Shown in pieces: positions 8,717 to 17,267 of a stretch of 64,000 bases of DNA; positions within the stretch are counted from its first letter, which is position 1; every line of letters starts with the position of its first letter. The stretch is from contig OZ244999.1 of assembly GCA_965223265.1 (NCBI GenBank), positions 4,608,001 through 4,672,000 on the forward strand, in the 5' to 3' direction. Below the pieces are notes generated by a model. The model ran no database searches. It was not told the DNA's origin and saw only the letters and a program-made list of their open reading frames with translations. Position numbers and translations under genes: made by a program. The stretch comes from Planctomycetota bacterium (GTDB lineage: Bacteria > Planctomycetota > UBA8108 > SXIK01).

Positions 8717-10021
8717 TCACTTCGCCGCCGGCAGCGCCCAGCGCACCGCCTCGATGTGCGTTTTGCCATCCTCGCCTCGGTAGCTGTAGACCGACACGAG
8801 CTTGCCACCGTCGACTTCGACCGTGCCGCCGAAGCCGCCGCCACTGGCGCCCACGTTCTGCGCGTCGATGACGAGACGGTCGTGCGTGAAGTCGAAGCTC
8901 TCGCCGTCCTCACTGACGATCGCGCGGAGGCCGAGCGCGTGCCCGTCCGTTGAGTTGCTGCGCACCGTGAACGTGAGAAGCACTCGACCATCGCTCAGCT
9001 GCAGAAAACGCGGATACATTTCACCATAGGCGCCGAACGTGCCGTGCTGGTTGTGCCGCCGCCACGTGCGCCCGGCGTCGTGGGATTCCCACAGCATCAT
9101 GCGGTCGCCCTGATCGCCGCTCTCCTTCTCGAGCTTCTTCGGCGTGTTACGAATGTGCCAGTGCGGTCCCGTCCGGTCGACGCGAACGACATGTAGTAAC
9201 TTACCTGTTCGCATCCGATGCGTAACAGATTGCGAGAAGAAACCATCGACGTCACTCCAGCCGCCCGTGTCGGGGCGGAGCGTCTTGTCCCACGTCGCAC
9301 CCCCATCTCGCGAGCGCCAGAGACGAACATTCGCCGGCGCGTCCGCACCGCCGTGCTGCATGCTGACGCCGAAGTACGTCACGTACTTTCCCAGGCGCTC
9401 TGGGTCGGGAAGCTCGAACGTCGTCCAGTCGGTCGCCGTTTGAGCATTCGGTGGAAAGCCCCCCGGGCCGACGCGAATCTCTGACCACGTCGCGCCGCGA
9501 TCCGTCGAACGAAACAGCTTACTGTGCGTGTACCCTGCTCCGTTCGCCTGGTCCTGCGCCAAGAGGTGACACGGCATGAGCAGCGTCCCATCGTGAAGGA
9601 CGTTGAGGGCGAACTCACGTCCACGCACGTCGCGACGCTCCTGACGTGCTCCCCAGGTCTTGCCGCCGTCGCGAGACCGCCAAAAGACGGCGCGCTCGTT
9701 GTAGCCACTTTCCCCTTCGAGCGCTCCGAAGCAGAAAGCGACGATGAAAAGCTGACCTCTGTTGAGTTTGGCGATCCAGGGTTTGTAATCATTCGGTATG
9801 CCGAGTGGCGTTCGCACCGCGTCCACGTCAGCACCAGAGAAGTTCTTCGGATGCAACACTTTGATGGGCTGATGCGACTTCGAGGGCATGCCGAGTGTCA
9901 GCGAAGGGAAGACCGCAAGCATAACCACGGCAACGCGACCCGCCACTCGTGCCGACGGAGGCTTATCGAAGGAGAGACTGCGCATAAATCGCCTCGTACT
10001 CGCTCTTCCGATGTCTTGCAC
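8717..10021 (-). CDS. exported BNR/Asp-box (sialidase-like) beta-propeller protein
   Basis: Asp boxes SRDGGKTW, STDRGATW, SRDGGATW, SHDAGRTW and SEDGESF; hydrophobic N-terminal segment. Start codon uncertain. Confidence 0.8.
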   Translation of the reverse strand: MQDIGRASTRRFMRSLSFDKPPSARVAGRVAVVMLAVFPSLTLGMPSKSHQPIKVLHPKNFSGADVDAVRTPLGIPNDYKPWIAKLNRGQLFIVAFCFGALEGESGYNERAVFWRSRDGGKTWGARQERRDVRGREFALNVLHDGTLLMPCHLLAQDQANGAGYTHSKLFRSTDRGATWSEIRVGPGGFPPNAQTATDWTTFELPDPERLGKYVTYFGVSMQHGGADAPANVRLWRSRDGGATWDKTLRPDTGGWSDVDGFFSQSVTHRMRTGKLLHVVRVDRTGPHWHIRNTPKKLEKESGDQGDRMMLWESHDAGRTWRRHNQHGTFGAYGEMYPRFLQLSDGRVLLTFTVRSNSTDGHALGLRAIVSEDGESFDFTHDRLVIDAQNVGASGGGFGGTVEVDGGKLVSVYSYRGEDGKTHIEAVRWALPAAK

Positions 10022-10325
10022 GAAACCACGCTGTGAGCTTACCGCCTCCTATGGTTCATAGGAAAGCCGATCGTCAGAGCGATCTTACCGAGCCTTGGGG
10101 CGCTCCACGCTTCTCGGCACCAATCAGCCGAGAGACGGTCCCGTAATGCGATGGGATCGCACGTCCGCAACTCGAGACTCGATCGGCTGAAGACCCGTCG
10201 GCGCGCTACCGACACATCAGTGTCGGGCAACCACAGGCGCAGAAATCATCTTTGAGTGCCGCCGGTTCTCATCACCCCGCGCAGCGTAAGGAACTTCCTC
10301 GTCTCACTTTCTAGCGGATAGATTC

Positions 10326-10862
10326 ATGAACTCTCGAAACATTTCGCTCGCAGGTCTCACACTGGCTGGGGCTCTTCTCTCCTCCGGTTGTGGCGCCGAC
10401 GAAGAAGCGCCGCTAACCGACGGCCTGCACCTAAAATACCGCTGGAGCGTGGTCGGCAGTGTGGTGTCCGTCGACATCAGAGTGAACAAGGTCGACGAAG
10501 ATCACTTTCTCCTCAACATCGAAGCCGAAAAAGATGGAGAGGCAGAACAGACCGCCTTGCAAGTAGATCGTTTCTTCAAAACGGAGAAGGGCGAACTGGC
10601 TTCGTTCGCCGGTCAACCGCTCTGGTTGCCAGCTTCGCGGCGCAAGAAGGGAGTCGCCGTCGTGGCTGACGGCTCGATCACAATGCGCAAGGAAAGAGCT
10701 TGGGATCGCTGGAACGTCTGGGCCGCTGGTGGCGGCGCAGTGCTCGGCACGGTCGAATGGTACTACGAGAGAGACACTGGGTTCTTGGTCGGGTCACGAG
10801 CGGAAAGCATGGGGTCGGGGATGCATCTAAAACTCATGGAAACGAACGCTCCGGGGCTATAG
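10326..10862 (+). CDS. putative lipoprotein
   Basis: Signal peptide ending in lipobox LSSG-C; 178 aa, beta-rich. Confidence 0.7.
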   Translation: MNSRNISLAGLTLAGALLSSGCGADEEAPLTDGLHLKYRWSVVGSVVSVDIRVNKVDEDHFLLNIEAEKDGEAEQTALQVDRFFKTEKGELASFAGQPLWLPASRRKKGVAVVADGSITMRKERAWDRWNVWAAGGGAVLGTVEWYYERDTGFLVGSRAESMGSGMHLKLMETNAPGL

Positions 10863-10888
10863 TCGAAAAACGTTCGTCGCTGAGCTCT

Positions 10889-11683
10889 TCAGGAAGCTGC
10901 GTCACGCGTCGCGTCGTGCACTCGTTTGGACTTGGGCTTCTGTGCGACAACGATCAATCGCGGCGCTTCGCGCCCATATGGCTGCCCGCCCCAGCTGCCC
11001 AAGAGCTTTAGAACGCACAGGCCCGCCCGCTCGATCCATGCGACCAGTTCATGCGATGCAAAGAGACGCAACCGGTTGGTGATCGTGTGGCGATGACCGT
11101 CCGGGTAGACGATCTCGTGATCGACTTCGTTCATTCCGGTGCGCCAATCGATGCGGCAAGTTTCAAGCTCGAGGGTGCCGTCGTCGGCTCGGTTCCAGCC
11201 ATGCGTTCGCCAGTGCTGCATGAGCCACGCGTAGTTCACCACGTCGATCAAAAACCGTCCGCCGCCCTTGAGCGCCTTGGCGACGCCGTCCAAAACGCGC
11301 TGGTTCTCAGAGTCATCCTCAAAGTAACCGAAGGCAGTGAACACATTGATGACCGCGTCGAACTCGCCCGTCCAATCGATCTCGCGCATGTCGCGTTCGA
11401 CGAATTCTGGGCTGACGCCTGCCGCACTCGCAGAACGCTTTGCTGCAGCCAAAAGAGCACCACTCAGGTCCTGACCCACTACGTGCATTCCCCTCTGCGC
11501 GAGCGGCACAACGTGGCGCCCCTGGCCGCAGCAGAGGTCGAGCAAACGCATGCCGGAAGTCAGCTCGAGCTCGCGGACGATGAAGTCGACCTGGCGCTCC
11601 GTCGCCGCGGCTGAAAATCGAGGCGCGTAGAGTTTCAGATAGGTTTTACCGAAAAACTCTTGGTACCAGTGCTGCTCGGTCAT
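10889..11683 (-). CDS. class I SAM-dependent methyltransferase
   Basis: LLDLCCGQGRH motif I, GQDLS, DMREI, FDAVINVFTAFGYF and LKGGGRFLID. ATG at 11683 follows GGAG (ORF track extends to 11851). Confidence 0.9.
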   Translation of the reverse strand: MTEQHWYQEFFGKTYLKLYAPRFSAAATERQVDFIVRELELTSGMRLLDLCCGQGRHVVPLAQRGMHVVGQDLSGALLAAAKRSASAAGVSPEFVERDMREIDWTGEFDAVINVFTAFGYFEDDSENQRVLDGVAKALKGGGRFLIDVVNYAWLMQHWRTHGWNRADDGTLELETCRIDWRTGMNEVDHEIVYPDGHRHTITNRLRLFASHELVAWIERAGLCVLKLLGSWGGQPYGREAPRLIVVAQKPKSKRVHDATRDAAS

Positions 11684-11807
11684 GAATCTTCCATCTCCTG
11701 CCGGGTCGCCGCCCCCTCTCCCCCGCCTCGTCTCACCTTTGCGAGATTGTAGTGACAAGGGCAGCTGTCGCGACAGGATCAGAGGCACACACCGAGGCAC
11801 GAACCAG

Positions 11808-14800
11808 TGCAGCTCACTCGCACACCTCGTAGTACTGACACGAGAGCGCATCAGCGCTCGAGTCGACGCCGCAGAGCTGCGGTGGCTCGGGCGCCGCGCC
11901 GCCCACGAAAAGGTGCAGGAGCAGCTTCACCGCGTCGCTCACCGTCACGCGTCCGTCGTCGTCGACGTCCGCCGCCCTCACGCAGGTCGGTGCCGCGCCG
12001 CGGCGAAACAGGTAGTTGAGCAGCGTCAGCGCGTCGCCAAGTGCCAGAGTGCCGTCGGCCTCCACGTCGCCGCGCTGAAACAGCGCCTCCGAGCGCTCTC
12101 CCTTCTCGTAGAACGTCGCCGCTTCCTCGGCGATCAGCGCGTAGCTCCCATCGAGGTAGCGCACCTGCGCCACCTCCTCGGCCTCTCCGGGAAGCACCGG
12201 ATCCGGAGCCTCCACCTCCACCACTCGCACCGCGCGAGCAAGACCCGCGACCGAAAGCGCCGGGTCCAGAACCACCCAGTAGCGAACGTCCACGTTGTGG
12301 CGACCCGCCGAGTAGACCAGTTGCCAGTAGTCGCTCACCACAACCGACTCGCCGCCGCCAAACACCACCGAAGCACGCTGAAGACTCGCAGGGCCCGTCG
12401 ATTGGCGATTCTCCGACGGCAAAAATCGCTCCACTAAATCGATCCGTGCACCGCTCGACGTCTCCAACGAAAGCTCCCAGCGCGGCAAGAGCCCATCGCT
12501 ACACGACGAGTAACTCACCAGAGGCTCACCCGCCAAGCTCCCCGTCGACACCAGCGAAAACCTCAAAAACTCCTCGTCCACCAAAAACCGCTCCTCCAGC
12601 GCGCGCGAGCCCGCACCGCGAAGCTCCACTCCCAAAAGCTGCACCACGTAGCTCTCGCCACCCAGCAGCGTGAACTCCTGCTCGTAGCTGAAGCGATACA
12701 GCGTCACTCCACCCCCCTCCGCTACCCGCGCCACGCGGTAAAGACCCGCCGCCACAGCCTGAGCCTCCTCCTGCTCAGGGCCAAAGCGAACACTCTCGAT
12801 CAGCTCACCTGAAAAACTCTCCGAGCTCGTCACAAGCTCGTGCACTCCGGCGCGCAGACGCACCTCGCTCTTCAGCTCGTACTCCACCTGGGGATCGCGG
12901 CCAGTGCGGTCCGCCGAAAACACCCCGCACAAAACCGTCCCCTCGGGAACCAAAAGCTCAAAAGCCGGTGACGGCACAACCGTCTCCGGAATCAAAAACG
13001 GACGCACCTGCTTCACCGCTAATGAGCCGTCCGCCTCCACCTTGAACTCAAAGTCCAAAAGCACCTGCTCGCGAGGATAACCTTCAAGATCCAAAGGAAA
13101 GTTCGTATCCACATGCCACATCAGAGAACCCAGATCTCCCAGCTGCTCCTCCGTCAGAACCACCTCCCCCGCACCAACCAGAGATGAGCTCCGGTCGCGA
13201 ACGATCCGCACTACCTCACCTTCAACCACCTCCAAAAAATTCCGCTCCACGCTCACACCCGCCGCTGGACTCACTACGCTCTCCTCGCCAACCTGAGCGG
13301 TGATCATGTAGCGCCGATCTCGAACGTTCTGAGGGTTACCGGTGAACGCAACTCCGTTCGCTGCCTCATCGAGGAAGGCCCGGTTCACCAGCAAACCCAT
13401 CGTCGCTGCCTCTGGAGGAATCTGGAAAAACGTCCGCTCCTCATGCGCTCGGAACGTCCAAAGGCTCGACCACACCTTCTTCAGAGCGCGCTCGATCGTC
13501 CGCTCGTTGTCGCGCGTCGCGTCGCAGTGAGAGCTGTCAGGGCTCGCAGGGTCCAGCGTGTCCGCGGCGCACGCAGACGTCGACTCGTAAAGGCCCGCAC
13601 CGTTGAACTCCAGCGCGTCCTCGACATTCGACGACGAGCGAAAGCGAACCATCAGAGCGCGAGAGCCGAAAACCTCTTCGATCCGCCCTACAAGCCCCGC
13701 CACCAGCGCTGGCGACACCTCGCCACGATCTCGCACAAAGTCGCGAAATTCATCCAGCACCCTGAAGCGCACAGATGAATCGCTCTTGAACTCCTCACTC
13801 GATAGCAGCTCCGTCAGATACTCCTGGTAGCTCAGGTCGCGTCCCTCGATCGCGACGCGGTTCGACTCCATGAACTCCACGTAGTAGCGCATCGGGATGC
13901 CAAAACCAGCCTCTTGAAACTCAGCGTACTCCCCAGTCAAAACTCGCTGCAGCCGCGCAAGGTTCGTCGCCTTGCCGCCGAAGCGAGACACCGGGTTCAC
14001 AACGCCCTCCAGATCCATATCCAAGAGGTGATCAAAGCCGCCGTACTCCCGATCGGTCCCAGCAAGGCGCGGCAGCGAAGGCTGGTTCTCCCGCCAAAAC
14101 TCCTCAGCCTCAGACACACTCGCTGGCTCCACTAAGTACGTCACCTCACCCACCTCAAGGCGCACCAGCTCGCCCGCAAAGCGGGAAAACTCCTCCACTG
14201 CTCCCAATACAAACGCGTTCGGGGTCCCGCGCCGTGCCGTCCGCACCGCCACGTGACTCAGTGGCCCTTGAATGCTTCCCGTCACGAAACCACCGATCAC
14301 ACCCTCTACGTCCTGCGGCGCCGTCTCCACAACCACTATGTCTTGAAACGTGAACAGACCCTGAGAGTTCGCGCTCTCGAACTCCTCCAGCGTGAACACG
14401 CGCACCCGCCCGTAACCCACTCCAAGCGTGTAAGCCTCGTACTCCAGCTCCGGGGTAGGCTCCGTCAAAATCGGAAACGCAGGATCACTCCAGCTCGAAG
14501 CAGCCTCCTTCGCAAGCTGCGTGTCCGGCTCGTAGCCTAAAAGCTCTAAATCAAACGCCCCCTTCAGCTCCAGGTACACGCTCTCAACCTCAGACTCGCT
14601 CAAAACCTCAGAGGCGTCAGAGCCTGTGTCCGCAAACACCGTGAAAGCGTACTCGATTCCACCCGAGCCTCGCCGCCGAGCGATCGAGCCCACGTAGTAG
14701 TCGCGCGTTGCGCGGCGCCCTACCAGCTGGTCGTACTCCTCCCCTTGAGGGCGCGTCGGAAACTGATCCGGAAACGCTCCAGCCAGAAAATCCTCGTGAA

Positions 14801-14936
14801 GGCTGAAACGACGAACGTTCTGAAACACCGCTGGGATCAAGCTCCCGTCGTCACCACGCGCCGGCACCACGTACTTCGTGAAGCGACCAAGGCTCGACGG
14901 AACCGAAATGCTGAAAAAGTCCCCTTCCGTGCAGAC
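11808..14936. repeat. 3.1-kb near-identical repeat, copy 1 (constant cassette; GRINS-like skew)
   Basis: Same offset at both ends to 17258-20386 (5450) and to 28851-31936 (17039); C/A-rich on the + strand. Confidence 0.92.
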
Positions 14937-17267
14937 CTGTTCAAGAAAGTCGCCGCCGAGTCGCGGTGCTTGATTCAAAAGCACCGTGAGGTCACGTGAA
15001 TTACGGTTGGCGCTGACGAGATCGAGATCGCCGTCGCGATCGAGATCGCCTGCGACGCCGAAGCGCGGCTGCGAGCCAACCGGCTGGACCACGGGCAGGG
15101 TGAATGATCGATCACCGTTGCTAAAGAACGTCGCGAGCGTGTTGGTCGATGGGCTGGATGCAATCACATCGAGAATCCCGTCACCGTCGACGTCACCTGC
15201 AATCAAGGAATGCGGTTGCCGTTCGACCGTCAGGTTGGTGACGGCGGAGAAATCGGCTGTGCCATCGTTCCATAGCACTGCGGCACTACCTCTCGACTCA
15301 CTCGCTGTCACTACGTCGACTGCCCCGTCGGCATCGAAGTCACCAGCGATGATAAAGTTCGGTGCATCCGCCACCGGAAAGGCTGTTGTGTCGCCGAATC
15401 CCGCAGCCCCATCGCCACGAAGAATCGCCACGTCCCTCGAGCCTGAGTTGGCCACCGCCAGGTCGACGTTTCCATCGGCGTCGAAATCGACGGCAACAAG
15501 AGCCGCCGGCTGCGTTCCTGCCACAGGCGATGCACCAGCGGCAAACGTACCGTCGCCCTGATTGATCAACACCGAGACCGTTCCCGCCGATTGATTCGAC
15601 GTAACGAGCTCGGGGAAACGATCGCCCGTAAGCTCGGCCGCCGTCACATGCGATGGCGTATCTCCGACTGGGTACTCAACGCTCGTCTCGAAAACACCGT
15701 CGCCTCGGTTGGGAAAGACGTAGAGCGTGTTCGGAAAAATACCGTCGGTCGCCGCGAGGTCGAGGTCACCATCATCATCGACGTCTGCAAGCTCGACGCG
15801 CAGAGGGTTTTCCGCGATCACGTACTCGACAGCGTCGAAAAACGATCCGTCGCCACGATTGACGAAGGCTGAAAGAGCAACGGCGTTGTCGTTGTTCCCC
15901 GTAACAATGTCGAGATGCCCGTCACCGTTGATGTCACCAATGTCCACGGTGTGCGGCTCACTTGCGGCATCGAACGTAGCTGACAAAAACGGAATAGTCC
16001 TCGTCTCACCTTCCGTGTTCCAAACGATGGAGACGTTGTTAGTGCGGACGACGAGGAGAGCGACGTCTACGTCACCGTCACCGTCGAAATCATCAGCCCA
16101 CGATGTCGTCGACGGGAACAGATTCCCGTGGTCTTCGACCGCCGCGCGAAAGTCGCTCGAGCGGTGACTCCTGAGAACTGCGACTTTACCAACGTCGCGA
16201 AATCCGGCCACGAGGTCGAGCTGGCCGTCGCCTTCGATGTCAGCTGCACCAAGCGACGTGACTGAACCTGATAGCGTAAATGTGACCGGCGCAGCGAAGG
16301 TCCCATCCCCACGGTTGACGAGGATCGCGCTGGCACCTGATCCGGCAACCGCCAAGTCGACGTGAGCATCGCCGTTGAGGTTGCCCGCCACGACCGCGAA
16401 CGGCACCCCGGCTCCGGCCGGATAGTCCACGTGCTGCTCGAAGTCTGAGTCAGCTCGGCTTGCGAGTATAGAGACGACGTCCGTCTTGCTAGCCACCGCG
16501 ACGTCGACGATCCCATCATCGTTGAAATCCGCGGCGGCCACGGCGCTCGGCTGCGCAGAAACGGAGAACGGCTTTGGAGCCTCGAACGTGCCGTCACCGC
16601 GGTTCGTTAGGAGTGCGACTTGGCTCTCCGTCTCGATGGTGACGACCAGGTCGTCGCTACCGTCGCCCGTGAAGTCAGCCGCCGCAATTCGTAGCGCCGA
16701 AGGCGCAACGTCATATCCTACCGGAGGCATAAACCCTACGCCCCCCGAGTTCAAAAGCACCTGAATCGAGTCGTCGCTGGCCGTGGCGAGATCTGGACGG
16801 CCATCGCGGTCTAGGTCCGCAACAGTGAAATCCGCCAGCTTTTCACCGGCATCGAAATCGGTCGCCTCAGAAAACCGTCGATCGCCTTCGTTGATCAAAA
16901 GCGACACCGTTGACGATTGGTTCAGCGCCTGGCTTGCCGAGACGAGGTCTCGATCACCATCGCCGTCAAAATCGACGCTGCGAACGACACGCGGGAATCG
17001 TGCCACCGCAAGCGTTGTCGCCTCGACATCAAAGGTCACAGGACTCGCTTCGCACTCATCCGGTATGCCGTTGTTGTTGCAATCGTCGCTCGCGTTATTC
17101 GCGATGTCATCCAAGTCATCGGCGCTGTTACCATTACAGTCGACACCATAGGCATGCGCCGGCGCAAAGGAGAACACGATGGCCGCGCCGAGAAGGATCG
17201 ACGTCTTCGCAAGACGGCTTCTCCACGGGTCTCTTGCGTTTGGTAGATCCGTCTTGCTGCAGCTCAC
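11814..17267 (-). CDS. paralog A: exported FG-GAP repeat / phospho-His + ATP-grasp dikinase / dockerin-like protein (~1,817 aa)
   Basis: Signal-like segment, DCNGN...DCNNNGIPDEC, many DxDGDGxxD FG-GAP repeats, GPLSHVAVRTARRGTPN (His codon 14253-14255), FGGKATNL, RSSSNVED...GAGLYES, KKVWSSLW, DFEFK, KQVRP, and C-terminal FQRGD...ADVDDDGRVTVSDAV. GTG at 17267 overlaps the TGA of paralog B (ORF open from 17273). Confidence 0.88.
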   Translation of the reverse strand: MSCSKTDLPNARDPWRSRLAKTSILLGAAIVFSFAPAHAYGVDCNGNSADDLDDIANNASDDCNNNGIPDECEASPVTFDVEATTLAVARFPRVVRSVDFDGDGDRDLVSASQALNQSSTVSLLINEGDRRFSEATDFDAGEKLADFTVADLDRDGRPDLATASDDSIQVLLNSGGVGFMPPVGYDVAPSALRIAAADFTGDGSDDLVVTIETESQVALLTNRGDGTFEAPKPFSVSAQPSAVAAADFNDDGIVDVAVASKTDVVSILASRADSDFEQHVDYPAGAGVPFAVVAGNLNGDAHVDLAVAGSGASAILVNRGDGTFAAPVTFTLSGSVTSLGAADIEGDGQLDLVAGFRDVGKVAVLRSHRSSDFRAAVEDHGNLFPSTTSWADDFDGDGDVDVALLVVRTNNVSIVWNTEGETRTIPFLSATFDAASEPHTVDIGDINGDGHLDIVTGNNDNAVALSAFVNRGDGSFFDAVEYVIAENPLRVELADVDDDGDLDLAATDGIFPNTLYVFPNRGDGVFETSVEYPVGDTPSHVTAAELTGDRFPELVTSNQSAGTVSVLINQGDGTFAAGASPVAGTQPAALVAVDFDADGNVDLAVANSGSRDVAILRGDGAAGFGDTTAFPVADAPNFIIAGDFDADGAVDVVTASESRGSAAVLWNDGTADFSAVTNLTVERQPHSLIAGDVDGDGILDVIASSPSTNTLATFFSNGDRSFTLPVVQPVGSQPRFGVAGDLDRDGDLDLVSANRNSRDLTVLLNQAPRLGGDFLEQVCTEGDFFSISVPSSLGRFTKYVVPARGDDGSLIPAVFQNVRRFSLHEDFLAGAFPDQFPTRPQGEEYDQLVGRRATRDYYVGSIARRRGSGGIEYAFTVFADTGSDASEVLSESEVESVYLELKGAFDLELLGYEPDTQLAKEAASSWSDPAFPILTEPTPELEYEAYTLGVGYGRVRVFTLEEFESANSQGLFTFQDIVVVETAPQDVEGVIGGFVTGSIQGPLSHVAVRTARRGTPNAFVLGAVEEFSRFAGELVRLEVGEVTYLVEPASVSEAEEFWRENQPSLPRLAGTDREYGGFDHLLDMDLEGVVNPVSRFGGKATNLARLQRVLTGEYAEFQEAGFGIPMRYYVEFMESNRVAIEGRDLSYQEYLTELLSSEEFKSDSSVRFRVLDEFRDFVRDRGEVSPALVAGLVGRIEEVFGSRALMVRFRSSSNVEDALEFNGAGLYESTSACAADTLDPASPDSSHCDATRDNERTIERALKKVWSSLWTFRAHEERTFFQIPPEAATMGLLVNRAFLDEAANGVAFTGNPQNVRDRRYMITAQVGEESVVSPAAGVSVERNFLEVVEGEVVRIVRDRSSSLVGAGEVVLTEEQLGDLGSLMWHVDTNFPLDLEGYPREQVLLDFEFKVEADGSLAVKQVRPFLIPETVVPSPAFELLVPEGTVLCGVFSADRTGRDPQVEYELKSEVRLRAGVHELVTSSESFSGELIESVRFGPEQEEAQAVAAGLYRVARVAEGGGVTLYRFSYEQEFTLLGGESYVVQLLGVELRGAGSRALEERFLVDEEFLRFSLVSTGSLAGEPLVSYSSCSDGLLPRWELSLETSSGARIDLVERFLPSENRQSTGPASLQRASVVFGGGESVVVSDYWQLVYSAGRHNVDVRYWVVLDPALSVAGLARAVRVVEVEAPDPVLPGEAEEVAQVRYLDGSYALIAEEAATFYEKGERSEALFQRGDVEADGTLALGDALTLLNYLFRRGAAPTCVRAADVDDDGRVTVSDAVKLLLHLFVGGAAPEPPQLCGVDSSADALSCQYYEVCE

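Noticed and set aside
12041-12673. Pro-rich plus-strand ORFs recurring at 12041, 17179 and 29029
   Set aside because: By-products of the C-rich + strand of the skewed repeat, antisense to the real genes.
14936-17267. Tc/Rhs polymorphic toxin (FG-GAP-containing)
   Set aside because: No YD repeats, no Rhs core motif, no variable C-terminal toxin and no interspersed immunity genes; here the C-terminus is the conserved part.
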